IMG/VR virus record: IMGVR_UViG_3300048590_001376
Reading direction: 5' to 3' (one strand)
DNA from: a virus
Taxonomy: Duplodnaviria > Heunggongvirae > Uroviricota > Caudoviricetes
DNA length: 21,819 bases
Every line of letters starts with the position of its first letter. The first letter of the stretch is position 1. The position numbers were made by a program, and so were the translations under genes. Below are positions 6,740-14,573 of the stretch, in pieces. The notes beneath the pieces were generated by a model. The model was not told the DNA's origin, did no database searches, and saw only the letters and a program-made list of their open reading frames with translations.

Positions 6740-6898
6740 TTTTCGCCGCTGCTGTTCGTCGAGTGTTACTGAATAGGGTTAGTCGGTCGCGATGGACGGC
6801 CGCCCACTATGGAAGTGGACTGCCAAAGGATGGTGAAGGAACAAGTCGCATGATGCCCCACGGATGGTCCCCGCAGGCTTTCGTGAGAGGGACCAGTT

Positions 6899-7729
6899 AT
6901 GACACTGGGCGACTTTGTGGCGTTGTACGCCAGCCAACGTGATATCGAGGCGGGAACCGTCGAACAGTTGCGGTACGCCGTCTTGTCGTTCGACCGATGG
7001 CTGAAGCGCGCTGCGACGCTACATGACTTATCGGATAAAAATGTCAACAACTGGATTATTGCCCGCATTGAGGCGGGCATTGCGCGAAAGACCGTCAAGG
7101 GTCAGCGGGGGGCAATCCTTAGCCTCTGGAGAGCTGCCACCGAGGAAGGGATGCTCGACACTGAGCCGAGCAAGATCAGGCCCGTCAAAGTGCCGATCGT
7201 CATGCCGGTCGCCTGGCAGAAGTCTCAGATCAAGTCGCTCTTGAAGGCTGCCGAAGCGGCGCCGGGCAGCTTTGCTTGCGGCATTAAGCGATCGAGCTAT
7301 CTGACTGCGTGGTTGCTCGTGGGCTACTACAGCGGATTGCGGCCGGGTGATCTGCTTGGCCTGACGAGCGACATGATCGATGACGACAGCCAGCTCGTGA
7401 AGACCCAGAAGAAGACTGGCTGGCCGGTTGTTCGGCCGTTGCCATCTGACGCCATGGCGGCCCTGGCCGCGATCAACTTTCGCGATCGTTCGCAGATTTT
7501 CCCTGTCCCTAAAAAGACGCTCGACGACTGGTGGAAGTGGCTCAAGCGCATTGCCGGCGTGCCGGGCTCGCCGAAGTGGATGCGGCGATCTGGCGCTACG
7601 CACTGCGAAGCGGAGCACCCCGGCTCGGCGATGCAGTTTCTGGGCCACAAAACCGCCGGATTGGCGTACAAACACTACGTCGATCCCAAGCAGCTCTGCC
7701 ACAAGCCGCCCTGTCCGCCGCCGCTGTAG
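6899..7729 (+). CDS. Tyrosine recombinase/integrase lacking an arm-binding domain (276 aa)
   Basis: Core-binding domain at the N-terminus; catalytic set SGLR(R), KTQKKT(K), KWMRRS (K-x-x-R for H-x-x-R), LGH, KHY(Y); RBS GAGAGGGA. Confidence 0.92.
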   Translation: MTLGDFVALYASQRDIEAGTVEQLRYAVLSFDRWLKRAATLHDLSDKNVNNWIIARIEAGIARKTVKGQRGAILSLWRAATEEGMLDTEPSKIRPVKVPIVMPVAWQKSQIKSLLKAAEAAPGSFACGIKRSSYLTAWLLVGYYSGLRPGDLLGLTSDMIDDDSQLVKTQKKTGWPVVRPLPSDAMAALAAINFRDRSQIFPVPKKTLDDWWKWLKRIAGVPGSPKWMRRSGATHCEAEHPGSAMQFLGHKTAGLAYKHYVDPKQLCHKPPCPPPL

Positions 7730-7741
7730 GCGAAATTGCGC

Positions 7742-7770
7742 TTGCTCTCGCTTGCGCCAGTGTCAAGAAT
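7742..7770 (+). promoter_or_regulatory. Possible sigma70-type promoter for the downstream moron gene
   Basis: TTGCTC-17 bp-AAGAAT in a relatively AT-rich gap; weak consensus match. Confidence 0.2.
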
Positions 7771-7812
7771 TGAATGCAGATGGATTAAATTCAGTATTGC
7801 CGGAGTCCCGCC

Positions 7813-8256
7813 ATGACACGCGCCCTCTTTCTGACTGTCGCCCTGACCATTGCCATCGCTTTCAGCTTCCATGCGGCTGCGGCCGTGGAGGTCGCTGACC
7901 TAAAATGGAGCGAATTTGTCCGCGACTGCGGCGTTAAGGCGCAGGAATCAAACAAGGTTCGATCGCAGAGCGTTTTCAAAAGCAAGTACGAGGGCAAGGT
8001 GATCGGCTGGTTTGGCACGGTCAACATGGTTCAAGAGCAGCCGTTGGGCGATGGTTATCTGATTAGCGTCACCATGAGACCCTCTGAGGCTCCAGTGACG
8101 CATTCGGACCTGAAATTATTCGTGCCGGAAAAACTCAAGGACCGCGTTCTGCCGCTCGATAAAGGCAACAAGATCGCCTTCATCGCCAGGATCACCACGC
8201 AAGGCGGCAGTATTCTCGATCACCAACTCGACTGCCTGCTGTTTGAGAAACGCTAG
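7813..8256 (+). CDS. Secreted hypothetical protein, possible OB-fold (147 aa)
   Basis: Signal peptide MTRALFLTVALTIAIAFSFHAAAA; KYEGKVIGWFGTV...KGNKIAFIARI pattern is reminiscent of secreted OB-fold proteins. Confidence 0.7.
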   Translation: MTRALFLTVALTIAIAFSFHAAAAVEVADLKWSEFVRDCGVKAQESNKVRSQSVFKSKYEGKVIGWFGTVNMVQEQPLGDGYLISVTMRPSEAPVTHSDLKLFVPEKLKDRVLPLDKGNKIAFIARITTQGGSILDHQLDCLLFEKR

Positions 8257-8498
8257 CGAGCCCCCCGCATCCACTTCTCGACGAACTCGCGGTATCGGCC
8301 AAGGCATTCGGGGTGAATCAAATTCTCAGCGAGTGCGTAGATGACCTTGCTGCCGTTGTCGACCGATTCGCCATGCACGATCGCGCCACGCATGCCAAGC
8401 AGTCGCATTTCTCGCCACTTGCCAAACACCATGGCGCGGACGACATAGCAACCCATTGGCTCGCGCTGACGAAACCGCCTTGGCAACCAGAGCATCAT
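8253..8498 (-). CDS. Hypothetical protein (81 aa), last gene of the minus-strand operon
   Basis: ATG at 8498 overlaps the upstream stop (ATGA); start moved from the ORF-track 8543. Confidence 0.55.
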   Translation of the reverse strand: MMLWLPRRFRQREPMGCYVVRAMVFGKWREMRLLGMRGAIVHGESVDNGSKVIYALAENLIHPECLGRYREFVEKWMRGAR

Positions 8499-9256
8499 CG
8501 AAAGCCCTCCATGTCTTTGACCCATTCCATTGCCAGCCGACAATCCATGACGCCGCCAGGATTAGCCAGGCTGGAGTGCTTCTCGCCGACATGCTGCACG
8601 AAGCTCGGCGAGTGATACCACATGGCATACTGATTCTCCGACAGAAACTTCGCGAACCAGAAATCAGCCGTAACGACGCTCGCACCGGAATCCGGCGGGG
8701 CCTGCAACAGGTGTTCACCGATCTCGCGCGGAATAACATAGCATTGAGCGCCGAGCTTCATCTGCTTGATGCCGCGATGCAAATGCCAGCCGCGACGCTC
8801 GGCCATTTGGCGGCAAGTGAATAGGTTCACGACTTCCTTAGCCTCCAAGACCGGCCTTTGCCGCTCCAGCCACGATCGCAAATTGGCGGCAATCGCAATA
8901 TCGTCCTGCGCCACCAGTAGGTGCGTGGCGCGTGGCGACATGTCGATCAAGTAGCCGATCGTCGATAGCAGATTCGGCCAGGGGCCGGCAGGGCCGTCGT
9001 TGAAGTGCAGCGGGTAGCCGCGGCATGTCGTCGGCAGGCTGTCGAGCGTGTCGGGCGGGTCGAGTACGGTGTCGCCGGATAGTCCCTCCTCGTCCGCGAC
9101 GGCTGTTTCCAGCAATTCGTCAGAAAAATGCCCCGCCTCGGCGCAGATTGTCAGCTCGGGCCAGCCGGCAGCCTTGATATTACTGATCGTTTCCCACAGG
9201 TACGACGGCTCGCGCGGCGCCGTCGTGACGCCCACTGCCCAAGTTATAGCTCGCAT
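8495..9256 (-). CDS. GT-A fold glycosyltransferase-like protein (253 aa)
   Basis: Start MRAITWAVGVTTAPRE with RBS GGGAGAG; LLVAQDD (DxD-like); GAQCYVIPR; HSPSFVQHVG. Confidence 0.7.
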   Translation of the reverse strand: MRAITWAVGVTTAPREPSYLWETISNIKAAGWPELTICAEAGHFSDELLETAVADEEGLSGDTVLDPPDTLDSLPTTCRGYPLHFNDGPAGPWPNLLSTIGYLIDMSPRATHLLVAQDDIAIAANLRSWLERQRPVLEAKEVVNLFTCRQMAERRGWHLHRGIKQMKLGAQCYVIPREIGEHLLQAPPDSGASVVTADFWFAKFLSENQYAMWYHSPSFVQHVGEKHSSLANPGGVMDCRLAMEWVKDMEGFR

Positions 9257-9954
9257 GGTGCTTCTCTCCCTTTCAAAGTGTGGCGAATACGGTACAGCGC
9301 CGGCAGCTCGATCGGCTCGCCATCCGTGCCGAGATACTTGCGAAAAGCAGGGTCTTCGATGGTGCGCTGCCACGACTCGGCTGGCTCCTGATAGACCGAG
9401 TGCGGCAAGTAGCCTTTGGTGCGAGCTACGCTGCCGCGCACGATCTGTAGACCGCCGATCGCACGGCTATGACTGACGAGCTCGAAGTCATCGGGGTTGA
9501 TTTCGTGGATCGCTGGTTCGACCGCGGCCTCGATGTAGCGATCGCCGATGGCGTGCGACTTATGCTTGTGGACAAGTCGCGGATAAACCAGCGGGCCATC
9601 GACGACCAGCAATTGAGGCAGTGCCGCCAAGCAGCCATTGTGGAACACGTAGTCGCAATCGGTCAGCCAGACCCAATCGGCGAACGTGCTCTTGCAGGCT
9701 ATGTTGCGTCCGATTGCCCGCCGCAGAAGATGCCGCCGGTGCATGGGTAATGGATTGACCGCCAGATGCGGAATCGCTTCGGCCGCCAGATAAAACCAAT
9801 TGACCGTCCGTTGAGTTGCCGCATCCTCGGTCGGGCAATAGCAGATCGTCACGGTCGTTTCGACGAATGGCGGCGCGTGTTGGATGAGGCTCGACAATTG
9901 GTACGTGAGCAGCCGGCTGTAGTGCCAGCAGTGGACGATGATTTCCAGTTTCAC
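9244..9954 (-). CDS. GT2-like glycosyltransferase (236 aa)
   Basis: GTG start overlaps the upstream TGA (GTGA); RAIGRNIA...ADWVWLTDCDY DxD motif. Confidence 0.7.
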   Translation of the reverse strand: MKLEIIVHCWHYSRLLTYQLSSLIQHAPPFVETTVTICYCPTEDAATQRTVNWFYLAAEAIPHLAVNPLPMHRRHLLRRAIGRNIACKSTFADWVWLTDCDYVFHNGCLAALPQLLVVDGPLVYPRLVHKHKSHAIGDRYIEAAVEPAIHEINPDDFELVSHSRAIGGLQIVRGSVARTKGYLPHSVYQEPAESWQRTIEDPAFRKYLGTDGEPIELPALYRIRHTLKGREAPCEL

Positions 9955-10760
9955 AGCAGCCTCGCTAGCGCTGTATCGCCCGCCGGCTGCCATCGCTTCA
10001 CGCGAGCGATATTGCGGCGGACGCATTCGTCGTATTCCTTTTTCCACAGTGGATGCGCCCAGCGGCCAATGTGCTTGCCGCCGTGCAAATGAATCACCTT
10101 CGGGCAATGCGTCTCAACCCCATACCGACACGACAGGTTCCAGCGATCGGCCGCGATAACGTGATGGTGCTTACGGACCAAAAGCTGCATGGCCAGCTCG
10201 TCGGCCAGGATGCAGCCTGCCGCGTCGCCGGCAGCGGTCAGCCGCTCCCATTCAGGCAGGATGGGGTGCCCGTGGTACCAGGCCACGACGCCGGTATTGA
10301 TGGCGACATGCGGATCACCGAGCGACCTGTGAAGCAATTGCTTGACTTCCATGCCATTGCACTCAACCGCAGACCATTGCCGGAGTCGCTTGACGATTAA
10401 GGGCGTTTCGGTCGACCAATTTGAGAACCGTGTCACAACCAGCGAGCCAAACCCAAAGATCGGCGACAGGTTGTCGGCGACGATCGTGTCGGAGTCCAGG
10501 AATAGAGTTTTAGAGAACGGCGTACTGCGCCAGAGCATCGCCTTGGTGACATAAGGTTTGCCGGCCGAGACAATGCGAATCTTCTCGCAGTCGAGCGCGC
10601 TACAGATCGCGTCTACTGTCTTGGCGGTGCTGCGATTGTGCCGCGAAGTCGAATCCAGCACGGCGATCGGCCCGGACCAGAACTTGCGGAGTGAATAGAT
10701 GGAAACCAGCATCCGCACCAGATGCGTGTTGCCATCATTAAAATAAATGACTCCATTCAT
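9951..10760 (-). CDS. GT8-like nucleotide-diphospho-sugar transferase (269 aa)
   Basis: SIYSLRK; TPFSKTLFLDSDT; INTGVV; DELAMQ; RWN; VIHLHGGK. Confidence 0.8.
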   Translation of the reverse strand: MNGVIYFNDGNTHLVRMLVSIYSLRKFWSGPIAVLDSTSRHNRSTAKTVDAICSALDCEKIRIVSAGKPYVTKAMLWRSTPFSKTLFLDSDTIVADNLSPIFGFGSLVVTRFSNWSTETPLIVKRLRQWSAVECNGMEVKQLLHRSLGDPHVAINTGVVAWYHGHPILPEWERLTAAGDAAGCILADELAMQLLVRKHHHVIAADRWNLSCRYGVETHCPKVIHLHGGKHIGRWAHPLWKKEYDECVRRNIARVKRWQPAGDTALARLL

Positions 10761-10783
10761 TTAGATACTTTTATACTGGACGT

Positions 10784-11635
10784 TCACTGGTGGACTTCCG
10801 GGATCGACTCTCCCCGGTACTCGATCACGCGGGCGCCGTGCGGCAAGTCGTCGCCAGGGCTCCACGACTCCCAGCTTGACCTGCAATTCACGTACATCTG
10901 CCGGTTGATGCCATGCTGCTCTTTCCCCTCGCCGCGATGCTCGTAATAGCGGTTAGTCGCCATGCGCTCGCGGGGCGAACGGGCAAACCCTAAGTGCACG
11001 CACTGAGGGCCGGAGAATGGCGACTTAAACATGCGCTTGGTGGGCGCGTAGCCCGGCAGCTCTGGCCAGTTGTGATTTTTCGTGTAGCGTAAACCAGGAC
11101 ACCAGCGAAACACGCGGACGTGCTCGACGCTCCAGTAGCCGCCGACCACTTCATGTCGAAACAGTGGTTCGTGGGCAATGCTCGGCGGGCGCCAGATGTG
11201 CCGCTGATGCAGACGAAAACAACGATGCTCGCGGTCCAGATCGACAAGCTCGTTGATGCGCAGTTGATCTTCGCGGCTGTAAAACTCATCTTGATCGATT
11301 ACTATGAACATATCGGGCCGTACTTCATCGGCAATCTCCATGTATCTATTGCGTCCCTCGCACTTTCCTTGTGCTGGGTCTGTGTGTCGCATCCATCCGT
11401 GATGAATGACGGTGACTCTTTCGTCGCAAGTAGACAGTCTATCTAAGATTTCTGTAGTTGCGTCAATCGACAGGCCATGATGCGACACCATGCTCGGCGA
11501 CGCCGCGGCGTAGGCGTGGTCGGCGGCCTCAACGAAAATCCATGCGGCCAGTCCAGGCCAATTGGCATGCTGTGCGTAGTTCTTTTCGATGAACTCCGCT
11601 TCATTCAGGCAGAGCGTGACGAGGGCGACTTTCAT
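10784..11635 (-). CDS. GT2-like glycosyltransferase (283 aa)
   Basis: KVALVTLCLNEAEFIE; SIDATTEIL; FIVIDQDEFY; VHLGF. Confidence 0.75.
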   Translation of the reverse strand: MKVALVTLCLNEAEFIEKNYAQHANWPGLAAWIFVEAADHAYAAASPSMVSHHGLSIDATTEILDRLSTCDERVTVIHHGWMRHTDPAQGKCEGRNRYMEIADEVRPDMFIVIDQDEFYSREDQLRINELVDLDREHRCFRLHQRHIWRPPSIAHEPLFRHEVVGGYWSVEHVRVFRWCPGLRYTKNHNWPELPGYAPTKRMFKSPFSGPQCVHLGFARSPRERMATNRYYEHRGEGKEQHGINRQMYVNCRSSWESWSPGDDLPHGARVIEYRGESIPEVHQ

Positions 11636-12480
11636 TGGTGAACCCCTTTGTCCCCCAGGCAGATGACCGGCTTGCCGGAAACGCGGGCGATTTCCGGGGC
11701 CTGGTCAGAGGAGCTTTCGATGAACAGGGTCGCGCCACAATCGCGATACTGCTCGCCTTTGTAGCGGCCGTAATTGCATTGCCGACGGCGATCGGCCGCC
11801 GTGGGGTAGCTGCTCAGGATCAGTCGGCCATACTTGACGCCATGGCGCTTAAGCCAGGATTCGGTTTGCTCTCGCCAGCGCTCCAGTCGGCAACTAATCA
11901 GGGCGCCGACTGGCACTCGTGGCAAATGCAAAGGCACGGCGTTTTCAATGGCGGCGACATATTCCGGCCCATCGTTGTCAAAGACGGGCGAGTCCACGCA
12001 CAGCACGCCGTCGATGTCGAGCATGGCATCGAATAGTTCTGAATGCTGCATCAGATTCCACTCGAAGTACCGCTGCGGCGAGATGTTCTTGTGGTACAGA
12101 TCGACATCCAACGCCACGTCGATTCCAGGGTCGCGGTAAACCGCCGCGAAAGTAAAGCTCAAACCATTGATGGAGCTATTAATGCAAGTCTTCACCGCCC
12201 TGAGCGACGACCCGCGATAGATCGAGTCATCGACAACCAGGACGCGATATTGCGACTTGACTGGCAGTGGGGATAGGCGATTTCCTGATTTTGGAAAGTG
12301 CCCGTCGCATAGCGAATAAATGTCAGTCAGTGGCAAATGCAAATGCGTCGCCAGCATCGCGGCCGGGATCATGCCGCTGCGCGGTACGCCAGCGATAATG
12401 TCGATGCCGCGCGGCAGCTTGGGCGCGAAGGCCAGGATGTCGCTGTAGAGCTGCTGATAGGTAACGTAAGTGACACTCAC
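11632..12480 (-). CDS. Phosphoribosyltransferase-fold domain fused to a HAD-like phosphatase domain (282 aa)
   Basis: IAGVPRSGMIPAAMLA and RVLVVDDSIYRGSSL (PRPP-binding loop); C-terminal MLDIDGVLC (HAD motif I); LFIESS. Confidence 0.8.
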   Translation of the reverse strand: MSVTYVTYQQLYSDILAFAPKLPRGIDIIAGVPRSGMIPAAMLATHLHLPLTDIYSLCDGHFPKSGNRLSPLPVKSQYRVLVVDDSIYRGSSLRAVKTCINSSINGLSFTFAAVYRDPGIDVALDVDLYHKNISPQRYFEWNLMQHSELFDAMLDIDGVLCVDSPVFDNDGPEYVAAIENAVPLHLPRVPVGALISCRLERWREQTESWLKRHGVKYGRLILSSYPTAADRRRQCNYGRYKGEQYRDCGATLFIESSSDQAPEIARVSGKPVICLGDKGVHQ

Positions 12481-13001
12481 TTGACACCCCGCATTCCCAG
12501 GCTAATTGGACCATGCGCGTGACCGCGCTCGCGGCCAGTCAGGCGATGCACTTCACGAAAGCCGGCGGCCTCGAAGCATCGCCGCAAGTGCCTCTCGTCA
12601 AAGCAGGCGCGGTGCCAGTTCGGATCGGGGCCGTAGGTGAAGAGTCGTCCGTTCACCCATGTCATCACGTCGCCATCGTCATTGTGCTTTCGCCAGTTGT
12701 CGGCAGGCTCGCCGTCGAGATAGGCGCTGACGATCACGGCGAAGTTGGGCACCCAGATTTCCAGCGGAGCGCAGGGTTTCAAGATGCGATGTACTTCGCG
12801 CAGTGCATCGATCGTGCGGAACCAGGGAACGTGTTCGAGGACGTGGCTGCCGTACACCAGATCGAACGTCTCGTCATTGAACGGCAGGCGATCCTCGCCC
12901 CAGTTGGCCACGAAAACGATATGCGGCCCAGGTACGCAATCGAGCGTGATCCAGTCCGGGCCGAGCTTGTTGGGGCCTGGTCCAATTTCCAGTCGCTTCA
13001 T
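12477..13001 (-). CDS. Class I SAM-dependent methyltransferase (type 11-like, 174 aa)
   Basis: MKRLEIGPGP; LPFNDETFDLVYGSHVLEHV; EVHRILKP. ATG at 13001 overlaps the HNH stop (ATGA). Confidence 0.85.
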   Translation of the reverse strand: MKRLEIGPGPNKLGPDWITLDCVPGPHIVFVANWGEDRLPFNDETFDLVYGSHVLEHVPWFRTIDALREVHRILKPCAPLEIWVPNFAVIVSAYLDGEPADNWRKHNDDGDVMTWVNGRLFTYGPDPNWHRACFDERHLRRCFEAAGFREVHRLTGRERGHAHGPISLGMRGVK

Positions 13002-13573
13002 GCCGCAGCCACCCTTTTGCGACTGATTTTTGTAAGCCACGACCAATTTCTTCCCGACATAATCGAATCAACGGAGCCACGCGACACATGAAGTTCAGCA
13101 GCAATGGACGAGCGGCTCTCCCCATCATTGCAACGTCTAACTATTTCCAATACTCGGCATTCATTTAGCCTTGCACTACCGTTCTCACTTCCACGCAAAA
13201 CCACACGATTAAAACGTCCGTGGTCTTTTTTGTCTTGCTCGTTGTCTGATTGCGTTCCCCAAGCAAGGTTGTCCGGCATGTTGTTGGCTCTATTTCCATC
13301 AATATGCCGACACTGCAACCCTTGTGGCCTCGGTCCATGGAACGCTGTTGCGATAATCCAATTGACCAGTACGTGACATCGCTCGCCTTTGTCATTCAAG
13401 ATATCAGTTTCGATGTATCCACTAACTTTGTTTCTGTGACCAACGATTTGCCTTAAGTTATCTCGCTTCCGTCGCATTGGCCCTTTAGTCCAACGTGTCC
13501 ATAGTGTCCCATCGCCTCTAGCGAAGTACCCTGCAAATCCTGAAACTTCACGAATGTCTGCTTCGCTAAACAT
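12998..13573 (-). CDS. HNH homing-type endonuclease with C-terminal HTH (191 aa)
   Basis: IIATAFHGPRPQGLQCRHIDGNRANNMPDNLAWGTQSDNEQD; C-terminal GESRSSIAAELHVSRGSVDSI; lower GC than flanks (26/60 GC at 13141-13200 vs 36/60 at 12661-12720). Confidence 0.9.
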   Translation of the reverse strand: MFSEADIREVSGFAGYFARGDGTLWTRWTKGPMRRKRDNLRQIVGHRNKVSGYIETDILNDKGERCHVLVNWIIATAFHGPRPQGLQCRHIDGNRANNMPDNLAWGTQSDNEQDKKDHGRFNRVVLRGSENGSARLNECRVLEIVRRCNDGESRSSIAAELHVSRGSVDSIMSGRNWSWLTKISRKRVAAA

Positions 13574-14573
13574 TGATCGCCGACATCCAGTTACTTACGT
13601 GCACTTCTGGTCTATGCTTATCTGACTCACGGTGATTGCATTGCGTCAACAGCGACATCGCTCTTGCCAGCGAATCAATGTCACCCAGCGGCGCGACAGA
13701 AACGGAGCTGGATACTTCAGATTCTCTTAGGTAACTGCCTGTTGCAGACGCTATGACGGGCCGCCCGCGAGCTACCGCTTCTGCAACTGTCAAATCCAGT
13801 CCTTGGCTGTACGCCGTAGGAACAATCAACGCAGAATGCTCGTCATAGACTCCCGGCATGAGCTGCCGCGGCGACTTTGAGACGACATCCAACGGAATGC
13901 CAGCCTTACTGGCTGCTTTCTTGGCCACCGCGAACAGCCGCTCTCCATGTCCAGAAATCGCCGCGCAAAGCAGTCGCGGCGATTTAGGGGGATCGACGAT
14001 CGGCTTGGCGAAAAATCCAGGTGCGATCGGGTTGTAAACCAACCGGGCGTGCGGAATGCCGAGCAAATCCTTGAGCATCCAGTGCTCGTGTCGAGAGATT
14101 CCTATCACGGCGTCGGCTTGCATGAGCGATTCGCGCTCATGCACCATGCCAACGAAATCGAACTGCGGAGCCGGACCCTGGCCGAGCTTGTAGAGATTCC
14201 ACTTGGTTAAAGCCGAGCCCCAGCAGAATCCGTGCAGCGTGATGGCGACTTTCTTGACGCCGCGCGGTCGGCCAGCCCACCACAAGCGATCCGTGTCAAA
14301 ACTGTCCAGGTGGATGATGTCGGGCCGGATTGATTCGCACGCTTCCCGGCAGCGACTGGCGAATTCGTCGGAGTAAGCCAGTGGCTTGCAGTCCAGGTGG
14401 TGGACATGCACGAACGCATCCATCACGTCTGCTTCGCCGCGGTGTGCTCCAGTCGTGAGAATGTGAACTTCGTGCCCTGCCTTGGCCAGCGCATGGGCGC
14501 GATCTTGCGCGACGAAACCCATTCCGCCAGGGCGGTGCGTCGGATAAATGCGGCTTACCGAAACAATCTTCAT
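13566..14573 (-). CDS. GT4-family (GT-B fold) glycosyltransferase (335 aa)
   Basis: MKIVSVSRIYP...GGM; LAKAGHEVHILT; PDIIHL; IGIS; VYNPI; QGLDLTVAEAVARGRPVIAS; GDIDSLARA. Confidence 0.9.
   Translation of the reverse strand: MKIVSVSRIYPTHRPGGMGFVAQDRAHALAKAGHEVHILTTGAHRGEADVMDAFVHVHHLDCKPLAYSDEFASRCREACESIRPDIIHLDSFDTDRLWWAGRPRGVKKVAITLHGFCWGSALTKWNLYKLGQGPAPQFDFVGMVHERESLMQADAVIGISRHEHWMLKDLLGIPHARLVYNPIAPGFFAKPIVDPPKSPRLLCAAISGHGERLFAVAKKAASKAGIPLDVVSKSPRQLMPGVYDEHSALIVPTAYSQGLDLTVAEAVARGRPVIASATGSYLRESEVSSSVSVAPLGDIDSLARAMSLLTQCNHRESDKHRPEVHVSNWMSAINV

Noticed and set aside
10761-10810. Internal promoter in the AT-rich gap (TATAAA on the minus strand)
   Set aside because: No plausible -35 element at 16-18 bp spacing, and the gap is only 23 bp.
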